Positions 39,350 to 49,789 of a stretch of DNA of 64,000 nt are shown piece by piece. The first letter of the stretch is position 1. Every line of letters starts with the position of its first letter. The stretch is from assembly GCA_951406725.2 (NCBI GenBank), contig OX597823.1, positions 19,034,001 through 19,098,000 of the forward strand, given 5' to 3'. The stretch comes from Octopus vulgaris. Lineage: Eukaryota. The notes below the pieces were generated by a model, which was given only the letters and a program-made list of their open reading frames with translations, did not search any database and had not been told where the DNA came from. The translations under genes were made by a program, and so were the position numbers.

Positions 39350-39524
39350 TATATATATATATAGAGAGATCAATAAATGGTGGGGTTGTGTTGACCGCAC
39401 GTGGAGAAATGATAGGCAAGGAAAAATTATAAATTATAAAAAGGCAGAATGAAATTGAAAGAAAATTTTAATGAAAATGGGTGTATGGAAAATTTTGAAA
39501 AATTGCTAAAATATATATATATTA

Positions 39525-39564
39525 ATTCAAACCGGTTTTCGTCATAATGTGACTTTTCAAGAAT
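39525..39564 (-). ncRNA. Minimal hammerhead-like motif, U3-A8 variant, inside 15-bp inverted termini (39412-39426 / 39621-39635)
   Basis: auuc UUGAAAA guca cauua ugac GAAA accggu UU gaau. All three stems pair. Confidence 0.75.
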
Positions 39565-39630
39565 CGTAAAGAAAAATTTTTTTTAAATTTGAGGAAGGGG
39601 AAAAAAGAAAATTACATTGTTTTTTCCTTG

Positions 39631-39682
<52 letters not shown>

Positions 39683-39854
39683 GAAATGATAGTGCCAAGC
39701 AGTGTTTAGGTATAATCAAAATTTAGGTTAGTTAAAATATGTTTGTGACATATTTCAGCTGCTAAAAGACAAATTCAGTGCAGTTACCATGGAGAAAATA
39801 TCTTTTTTTATGGTAAAAAGGTGTGGAAACATCTTTGTTCAGTGTCGTCATCTA

Positions 39855-40117
39855 TATATATATATATATACAGACATACACATACACACACACACATATA
39901 TATATTTACATACATACATACATGCATACATACATACATACACATGCATACATACATGCACACATACATATGTATATATTTACATACATACATACATACA
40001 CACACAAATACATAAATGCACACATACATATATATATTTACATACATACATACATATGTACGTACATATATGCATACATACATACATACATACATACATA
40101 CATACATGCATACATAG

Positions 40118-40156
<39 letters not shown>

Positions 40157-40264
40157 CAGACATACACATACACACACACATATATATATTCACATACATA
40201 CATACATACATGCATACATACATACATACACATGCATACATACATGCACACATACATATGTATA

Positions 40265-40298
<34 letters not shown>

Positions 40299-40364
40299 CA
40301 TACATACATACATACATACATACATACATACATACATACATACATACATACATACATACATACA

Positions 40365-40398
<34 letters not shown>

Positions 40399-40524
40399 CA
40401 AACATACATACATACATACATACAAACATACATACATACATACATATATACAAACATACATACATACATACATATATACAAACATACATACATACATACA
40501 AACATACATACATACATACATACA

Positions 40525-40558
<34 letters not shown>

Positions 40559-40728
40559 CAAACATACATACATACATACATATATACAAACATACATACA
40601 TACATACATATATACAAACATACATACATACATACATACATACATACATACATACATACATACATACATACATACATACATACATACATACATACATACA
40701 TACATACATACATACATACATACATACA

Positions 40729-40760
<32 letters not shown>

Positions 40761-41030
40761 CATACAAACATACATACATACAAACATACATACATACATA
40801 CATACATACATACATACATACATACATACATACATACATACATACATACATACATACATACATACATACATACATACATACATACATACATACATACATA
40901 CAAACATACATACATACATACATACATACATACATACATACATACATACAAACATACATACATACATACATACATACATACATACATACATACATACATA
41001 CATACATACATACATACATACATACATACA
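39855..41030. repeat. ~1.2-kb (CATA)n-dominated microsatellite
   Basis: Direct reading; it explains the 283-473 aa pseudo-ORFs. Confidence 0.98.
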
Positions 41031-41365
41031 CTGACTCCAAATACTGCGCAAAATACTGTGCAAAATACTGTGCAAAATACACATGCAAAAATATTCTGTT
41101 GATGTTGTTGAAATTCCAATGAAGGAACCTTGGATCTAGGTTAGAAACCAACTCTTTATAGGCAAGAAATCTTGAAGTAAAACTCGAATAATGACACACA
41201 TATACATACATGCATACACACACACACACACATATTATATATATATATATATATATATATAATCAATCAATATAGGGTGGCAAAAAAAATTTTGTAGAAT
41301 TCTTTTGCCACCAGCGGCCTAGTAGGAAAAAATTAAAATAGTCATAGACCATTTTTAAGTTTAAC

Positions 41366-41591
41366 ATCAACAATAAAGGAACGGCCATAATAGGCCATTC
41401 ACCCACTAGAAATAACAGCCAAAGCTTCAACCGCAAATAAAAGTCAATTCAGTAAACCAGGAGAAAATTACAGGGTAAATGTTTTTTTAAATTTTCTCCT
41501 GGTTTACTGAATTGACTTTTATTTGCGGTTGAAGCTTTGGCTGTTATTTCTAGTGGGTGAATGGCCTATTATGGCCGTTCCTTTATTGTTG

Positions 41592-41593
<2 letters not shown>
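41366..41593. repeat. Perfect 104-bp inverted repeat with 20-nt spacer
   Basis: 41366-41469 is the exact reverse complement of 41490-41593. Confidence 0.95.
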
Positions 41594-41627
<34 letters not shown>

Positions 41628-42129
41628 GCAAACATACATACATACATGCTTACATTAACACATGCATGCCTAAATATGATATCTATATACATGTATGTTA
41701 ATTTATGCGAGTTAAAAAGGGATTATATGCTGAACAGAGAAATCTGCAATTCGGAAATTTGTAGTCCTTGCTTATCTCACATAAATTAACATGGATAAGA
41801 CTCTAAACATTCCAGAATATAATTATATTATGTGCTTTTATGTATTTTTGTACAGCAATGTAAATAAAGCTCTGCCCCCTTCCTCTCTTTCTTTCTTTCC
41901 TTTTTTCTTTCTTTCTTGCTCTCTCTCTCTCTCTGTCTCACTCTTTCACACACACACTCTCTCTCTCTCTCTCTCTCTCTTTTGCTTTCTCTTTCTCTTT
42001 CTCACCCTTTTTTTTGCACCTCTTCTCTTTCCCTTTAAGCACGCACATATAAGTGTGCATGTGTGGAAGAAGAAACAGAAGGGGGCAAGGAGGGGGAGGA
42101 GGAGGAGAATGGGGGAAGGAGGAGGTGGA

Positions 42130-42360
42130 GAAGAAGAAGAACAAGAAGAAGAAAAAGAAAAAGAAGAAGAAAGAGAAGAAAAAGAAAAAGAAGAAAGAGA
42201 AGAAAAAGAAGAAGAAGAAGAAGAAGAAGAAAAAGAAGAAGAAGAAGAAGAAGAAAAAGAAAAAGAAGAAGAAGAAGAAGAAAAAGAAAAAGAAGAAGAA
42301 GAAAAAGAAAAAGAAGAAGAAGAAAGATAAGAAGAAGAAGAAGAAGAAGAAGAAGAAAGA

Positions 42361-42391
<31 letters not shown>

Positions 42392-42530
42392 AAGAAGAAG
42401 AAGAAGAAGAAGAAGAAGAAGAAGAAGAAGAAGAAGAAGAAGAAGAAGAAGAAGAAGAAGAAGAAGAAGAAGAAGAAGAAGAAGAAGAAAAAGAAGAAGA
42501 AAAAGAAGAAGAAGAAGAAGAAGAAGAAGA
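42130..42530. repeat. ~400-bp (GAA)n polypurine tract
   Basis: Direct reading. Confidence 0.98.
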
Positions 42531-43144
42531 ATGGCTATGATGATGATGGTAATAATAATAATAATTATAACTGATCCAGAACCAGGCAGAGTTTTACTCT
42601 CGAGTGTGATAACCAGCTTGAAGATCACCAAGGTTAGATCCCAATAATTCATGCAGTCACTTAACTGACAGTTGAATGTCACCTAGCAACGATGTTTGGC
42701 TTTGATGTAAGAGTGAGTAAAGAGAGGGAGGGTTGAGCAAGAGGGGGAGAGGGAGGGGAGAGCAGCCGAGAGAGAGAGGGGCAGGGACAGCGATTTTGAC
42801 ATGGTTTCACTGTGGATTAGACATACTTGAAATGGCATAGATTTTATTTTACATTCTTTGGTGATGCAGTGCGAAAGTTATGTATGTATAAAGTTATGAA
42901 TAAAAAAACGCAAACTCGCTCATCAGTCGGTTTTGATGATAAAAGTTCTTGTTGTTCAATCAACTGAAGCTACTTAATCATTGAATTATTGCATAAGCTG
43001 TTGAGTATTCCTAAGATATATAGGCACAGACAAGCATGGCTTTCACATTCAGTCCCACTGCATAGCACTTTGGGCAGCTGCCTTCCACTATAGTCCTGGA
43101 CTGACGAAAGCCTTGTAACTGAATTTGGGAGAGCCCCGTCCCCA

Positions 43145-43190
<46 letters not shown>

Positions 43191-43282
43191 AAAGGGAAAG
43201 TTTACGAGAATAAACAAAAGACGAAGGCAGGTGGAGTACAAACAAACAAATGTATTAGTATAGCGCTCCGGAATAGAAAAAG

Positions 43283-43317
43283 TCTTTTACGTTTCGAGCC
43301 TACGCTCTTCAACAGAA

Positions 43318-43320
<3 letters not shown>
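43283..43320 (-). ncRNA. Minimal hammerhead-like motif with A6U core substitution
   Basis: ucuuu CUGUUGA a gagc guag gcuc GAAA cgU A aaaga. Perfect stems I and II, palindromic stem III. Confidence 0.65.
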
Positions 43321-43402
<82 letters not shown>

Positions 43403-43407
<5 letters not shown>

Positions 43408-43674
43408 CGTGACCGACCACGCTATCGGATATTGCTACACATCGCTGGTCACAATGCGCTTCGCATTGTTTTAGCCTTCAAATGACGCCACCCTGCTGGC
43501 TAAGCGAGCAAGCCAACAGAAGAAAGAGTGGTGAAAGAGTAGTGCAGGGATCACTACCCCCTGCCGGAGCCTTGTGGAGCTTTAGGTGTTTTCACTCAAT
43601 AAACAGTCACAACACCCGGTCTGGGAATCAAAACCGCGAGTCCGCTGCCCTAACCACTGGGCCATTGCGCCTCC
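43403..43674 (-). mobile_element. tRNA-derived SINE, head H1 + tail T2
   Basis: Head as at 27407; tail as at 3002-3338. Confidence 0.85.
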
Positions 43675-44028
43675 ATATATATATATATATATGTGTGTAT
43701 ATAAATATATATATATATATTTACTTCTAATATAGGATAAATTTTTTGTTTTTAATTTCATCAAGTGGCCAGCATATTAAAATACCTTCTAAGGTGAATA
43801 TTATAAACAATTATAAATAAGGGCAAATATGCTAAGAAATAGACTTTAGATTGTCAATGACCACATACAATACATATGAATCGAGGAAAGCAAGCTAACG
43901 GATTTTTTTAAAAAATGCATTATATCTAAATCAAATGATTTTGGGATTTTCTCACTCATCAGTAGAGAATACGTCTATTTCTCAGCATATTGGCTAAGAA
44001 ATTTTTTGTTTTGCCCTTATTTATAATT

Positions 44029-44162
<134 letters not shown>

Positions 44163-44344
44163 TATTACGGAGATGTACTTGCATAGCAAGTGACCTGATC
44201 TGTGATCATGTGCTGGAACGAAAACAATTGCAGCGTGGAAGGTGTTTATAAGCCATTTAAGAAACACACAAAAACTGTTAGATTCACTTCAACATTTAAA
44301 TTTTATTTGCCAAAATATTTTCATTGTAAATATATATAGTGGAC

Positions 44345-44590
44345 AGAGATGGACAGGTAGATATTGCTGATAGTGAGGGAGAGGCAAGAAAATTTACAGG
44401 TGCATTAGATACTGTACAGGTGGTAAATTCCAAGGTACTGTGAAAAGAGTGAATAAAAGAGATGAATTTATCGAGCTGTTTTCTGGTAAGAGAGGGTGAT
44501 GACCCTGACACAACTGTCAATATAATGACTGTACAACTGTGGTGTGGGTCCTGTGAATTGAACAAAGATTTGCTCCTCAGTGAAGTTTAC
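44345..44590 (-). pseudogene. Penelope-like reverse transcriptase fragment
   Basis: EEQIFVQFTGPTPQLYSHYIDSCV (YIDD motif decayed), then a frameshift to QLDKFISFIHSFHSTLEFT..VSNAPVNFL. Confidence 0.8.
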
Positions 44591-44984
44591 TTTATGGATT
44601 GGGTGCTTTGCAGTTTTAGCTTCAGCTCCTTTTATGCTCAGGTGAAATCCTGCCCTATTTGAAGTGAAGATACCAACACTTGATCCTAAAGTTTCTTTAG
44701 TGGAGTCCAGTCTGTCGCAAGCATTTGGGATGGGCCACTGGTTTGAATATACCATATTTTTTTGGCATAAAAGATGCACAGACATATTTGATGTACCCTA
44801 ATTTCAGCAGCACATGTTCAAGAAAAACTGTTTTTAGCCCATTAGAACTTCTGGAAGGCTCAACTTCTTATATAGGACTTGAGATGATTTTTTGAAACAT
44901 TTTATTTTTAAAAAAGTTTGTCTTACCTACCATCAAATACAGTAATTTCTTCTCTCCTTCCCTCTTTCCAACCACACTTAGACG

Positions 44985-45410
44985 CAGCACTGCATTAAGA
45001 CCCATCAAGGCCCTAAGCACTTAAAAGATTTTGGTGCCTCCATAAAAGATTATGTAATGCAAAATATAAACAATAACAAACCATAAAATAAATTTTTACT
45101 TTTCAAAATAAAACAAAACGGTAAGAAGGAAAAAATGTTTATTTTTAAATACTTCCACTTAATTTATATTTGAAAAGTTTCCTCCTACTTTTTTGAATTG
45201 CAAAGTCTTTGATCAGATCCTCAAAATTAATCTTAGGTAACACATCTGCATCTATACTTGGTAGAAATAAAGGCATCCTGGATATTATTTTAGCAAGTTT
45301 AAAGTGATTTCTTTTGTGCCGTGAACCATTTACTATTTCTGTGGTACCCTCCTCCTTCCCTTGTTGCCCTAAGCACATGCTTATTTTGCTTAATGGTTAA
45401 CCCAGCACTG
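44985..45410 (-). mobile_element. Internally deleted hAT element
   Basis: CAG-starting imperfect TIRs; 8-bp TSD CTTAGACG/CCTAGATG (2 mismatches); C-terminal SIDADVLPKINFEDLIKDFAIQKSRRKLF. Confidence 0.7.
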
Positions 45411-45498
45411 CCTAGATGCTCTGGATAGGGTTGTTGACACCCACCTGCACCATGACTGAGCAATAAACCTAGAGCTACCACTTCATTATGGTGGAAGA

Positions 45499-45873
45499 AA
45501 CTGAACATTTTATTCATCTGTCTTTACGTTTTGAGTTCAAATTCTGCCGAGGTCAACTTTGTCTTTCATCCTTTCAGGGTCGATAAATCAAGTACCAGTT
45601 ATGTACTGGGGTTGATCTAATCGACTGGTCTCCTCCCCACAAAAAATTTCAGGCCTCGTACCTAGAGTAGAAAAGAGTAACTGAACATTTTATTCATCTG
45701 TCTTTACGTTCTAAGTTCAAATTCTGCCGAGGTCGACTTTGTCTTTCATCCTTTCAGGGTAGATAAATCAAGTACCAGTTATGTACTGGGGTTGATCTAA
45801 TCGACTGGTCTCCTCCCCACAAAAAATTTCAGGCCTTGTACCTAGAGTAGAAAAGAGTAACTGAACATTTTAT
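45499..45873 (+). repeat. 180-bp tandem duplication of a truncated SINE B plus its TSD
   Basis: AACTGAACATTTTAT at 45499, 45679 and 45859. Confidence 0.9.
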
Positions 45874-46758
45874 GGACATATGTAAAGCATAACGTGAACA
45901 CAGAGCAGAATAAGTGTGACATAGTTTGTGATTTGGGTAGGCTTTCGATTCTCTTATAAAACAGTGGAATTCAAGAGAACAAGAGATGTTCTGCTTCGGC
46001 AAATAGTAAAAGAAATAATTCAAAGAGCAGAATAACATCTTAAGATGTAAAAAAAACAAAAGACGTTTAAGGCTTCGGACAGGAGATCTCGTTGGAGCGA
46101 AAAGAAATGCTAAGTGGTGTGGAAGAATACATAATATGGGAAAAAGTAAGTGTGAAGGAAGCCATCATAACATTGAACAATAAGGGAGTAGGAGTTAGAA
46201 ATATGAAGTGTGGAGAAGGAGAGAGGGAGGGAGAGAGAGAGAGCAATGGTCAGATGAAAGAGAACTCCTCCTCCTCATCTCTCTCAACATTTTTTTCAAA
46301 TTTCTTAACATACCTTGTATGCTCTGACTGTAGCTCCTCCTCCCTTTACCAACTTGCTGCCAATCACTCCTCCTCCTCCCCTTCTTCTTCTTCCTCCTCC
46401 TCCCCCTCTTTTTATTATTCTTCACTTTTATGATAATTTTTCCTCAGTCTCATTCTCTAGAATGGTTTATATTTTAATACCAACGGATACTGTTGATACT
46501 CCATCTGCCCCACCACCCCCATCACCAGTGTAAGCTTCATATCCGAATGGTTAGCCTTCTCCTCTTCTTTGTCACATAAAATTCATTCCATTGTTCAAGT
46601 ATTTGTATTATTTCTACTTTCAACAACTATTTTTTACTACAATGTCTTAAACAACCTAAGGTTATCACAGGTAACTATTGTACAAGGTGTCAACAACATT
46701 CACCTTTGACTGCTAAAGAAACCAATGTCATTACCACTCAACCATTTATATATATATG

Positions 46759-46819
<61 letters not shown>

Positions 46820-46853
46820 GTATATACACACACACACACACACACACACGCAC

Positions 46854-46933
<80 letters not shown>

Positions 46934-46934
46934 G

Positions 46935-46965
<31 letters not shown>

Positions 46966-46998
46966 GTATATATATGTATATATATATATATATGTATA

Positions 46999-47094
<96 letters not shown>

Positions 47095-47185
47095 GAAATG
47101 AGGTAATCAGAAGATCGGATGGTTTATATTTACAGATATTTATTTATATATTACATTTTTTACATATATATCATATCACTTAGAT

Positions 47186-47224
47186 CACTAGCGCTTTCTC
47201 CCATTCTAGTGGGGTTTTCAAATC
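47186..47224 (-). ncRNA. Minimal hammerhead-like motif, U3-A8 variant (weak stem I)
   Basis: gau UUGAAAA cccca cuagaa uggga GAAA gcgc UA gug. Confidence 0.55.
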
Positions 47225-47854
47225 AAAATAAGTTCCTTTGTGGGGAATTTTAATCATTTTATAGAGTTTCGTAGTGGTGGGGAGAAATAAGACAGTACAA
47301 GAGGGTGAGGTGGATGAGGAGAAAGTGAGAGAGAGAGCATGTGTGTATGTGTATGTGTGTGTGTGTGTGTGTGTGTTTGTATCTGAGGTGAGTGCTAAAG
47401 AGAAAGAGGAAAAGGGAAAGGGAAGAAAAAGGAAAGAATTTTTTTGGTCTGCTGGACAGAATATATATATATCCTTGGCGATTTTTTCAGCTTTATTTAT
47501 TTTATACATTAATCTTAATCCTATTTCAGCCAGAGTTCTTCCGTCACACTTCTGGGACCTCATCAGTGGTCCTTTGCTTTCTTCTTTCTTATTTGTGTGT
47601 TTCTCCTTACTAATGATCAGCCATTTTGTCAAATGTTTGCATTATTTTATTTATTGTACTAACTAATTATGTACTACTATTATTTATTCTTTTATAACCT
47701 ATTTTCAAATTTCTGATTATTAATTAATAATTAAGAAAATTAATTTTTTTAAAGTACAAAAATACTTAGAGTTATTTTAAATTTTTAATAGAAGTAACAA
47801 GTAATAACATGTAATAAAATTTTTAGTCTTAATAAAAGCTAATATTTTCTAAAT

Positions 47855-48001
47855 CTGATATACCCTCCAGCCTTCAGGTATCTTGGGCATATGGTGTAGT
47901 GGCTAAGAGCACTAACCCCAAGATTCCAAGTTCAATTCCAAGCTGTGACCTGAATAATAATAATGATAATAATGATAATAATGATAATAATAATAATAAT
48001 A

Positions 48002-48054
<53 letters not shown>

Positions 48055-48218
48055 AACAACAACAACAACAACAACATCGAAAAATACCTTAGAAATGAGA
48101 ACCCAGGTTCGAAATTTCCCCAAGACACCTGATGAAGGCTGGAGGGTATATCAGTTGAAATGTTGTGTTAACAACAAACAAGGTGAGGACGAATATCCGT
48201 TGAATGTAAATAATGTAA
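47855..48218 (+). mobile_element. Composite element: inverted hammerhead fragment + tRNA-like head + triplet microsatellite + hammerhead (48124-48169)
   Basis: A-box-like TGGTGTAGTGGCTAAG and B-box-like AGTTCAATTCC. gacac CUGAUGA a ggcug gaggguauau caguu GAAA ugU U guguu. 47855-47887 is the reverse complement of 48119-48154 minus 3 nt. Confidence 0.75.
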
Positions 48219-49065
48219 AAAGTACCATTTGAGCGTAGCCGTTGCCAGTACCACCTGACTGGCCCTCATGCCGGTGGCACGTAAAAGCACCCACTACACT
48301 CTCGGAGTGGTTGGCGTTAGGAAGGGCATCCAGCTGTAGAAACTGCCAGATCAGATTGGAGTCTGGTGCAGCCATCTGGTTCGCCAGACCTCAGTCAAAT
48401 CATCCAACCCATGCTAGCATGGAAAGCGGACGTTAAACGATGATGATGATGAATTCCTCATCTCTTAAATATAGAACATTGTGGGTTATTGATGTGGAAA
48501 GTTCTGAGAATCATATTATCTGTATCCTTGTGTTATATTCCAAAGTTATACATTCTGTTTTAATGAATTCCATCATAAGAAATATTTTTCATCCATCCCT
48601 ATGTACTTGTAGCATTTTTCATTCAATACTGGAGAAATAATCAAGCCATAGGTAGCAATGTTGCTAGATGGTCTTGTAGTTTTCTTTTGCTTTACACCTG
48701 TTTAAGAACATTTATTCTGGCCAAATTCCATCCCTGGTTCATTTGAGAATGTCATAATGAAGCCAAGGCTTTTCTTCATACCATTCATATTTTTGGCACA
48801 TATATAGATCATCCATATGGAAGCAATGTGTCAAATTGGTGTTTCAGTATTCTTATGAGCCAATAGCATTTCCTTCAGACTTTCTTAACAAAAGAGACAG
48901 AAGGCTTACTGAAAGTAGGAATAGTTTCAGTGGCAGAAAGACAAAGAGAAACTGACAAAAGAAAAAGATAAAAAAATTAAAACAGGAAATTCCAGTGAAA
49001 ACAGCCACATAGAGGTGGTCTACATACTCTCCATTGACTGACAGGAGAGTGAATATGAGGATAGG

Positions 49066-49104
<39 letters not shown>

Positions 49105-49366
49105 ATATGGACATAGAAATGAACCTATCTATTATGTTATAATGTGAATACATCTATGCACATATGTGTTGCAAAGACAAGTAGAACCTTAAAAGGTAGG
49201 ATGAGAAACCATACAAACTGCAAAAAAGTTGCCAAAATTTCTGTGATAGCAATCTACTTGTGTTAGAAATCTTTCTGCCAAAATTAAATTGACCAAAAAA
49301 GTTTTGCTTGTACGACCAGAATTAGATGTCATCAACTGTTTGATCCTTATACGAGTCTTTCTCTGT

Positions 49367-49700
49367 GAAGATGCATGGCTCAGTGGTTAGAGCATAGAGC
49401 TTAAGATCGTGAGGTTGTCAGTTCGATTCCCGGACTGGGCTGTTTGTTGTGTTCTTGAGCAAGACACTTTATTTCACGTTGCTCCAATTCACTCAGCTGT
49501 AGAAATAAGTTGCGATGTCACTGGTGCCAAGCTGTATTGGCCCCTTTGCCTTTCCCTTGGATAACATCAGTGGTGTGGAGAGGAGAGGCTGGTATGCATG
49601 GGCGACTGCTGGTCTTCCATAAACAATCTTGCCCTGACTTGTACCTTGAAGGGCAACTTTCTAGGTGCAGTCCCATGGTCATTCATGACTGATGGAGGTC
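49367..49700 (+). mobile_element. tRNA-derived SINE, head H2 + tail T4
   Basis: TGGCTCAGTGGTTAG A box; GTTCGATTCC B box. Confidence 0.85.
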
Positions 49701-49789
49701 TCCTCTATATGAGCCTTTCTTTAATTTATTTTTATTATCCAGAACCAAGAGCAATTCATTTTGATGGACTTAACTGTTCTCATTATTGA

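Noticed and set aside
41110-41160. Hairpin AACCT...AGGTT followed by GAAA
   Set aside because: The core box (CCAATGA) and stem III are too degenerate to call from one copy.
39789-41229. Long ORFs of 283-473 aa (HTYI/MYVC repeats), and similar ORFs at 6400-7160, 34130-34690 and 46700-47180
   Set aside because: They are translations of (CATA)n/(TA)n/(CA)n microsatellites, which lack stop codons; no protein signal.
42035-42682. Poly-K/R/E/L ORFs; also poly-P/G at 986-1495 and poly-H/S/M at 36977-37549
   Set aside because: Products of (GAA)n, GGA-rich and (GAT)n repeats.
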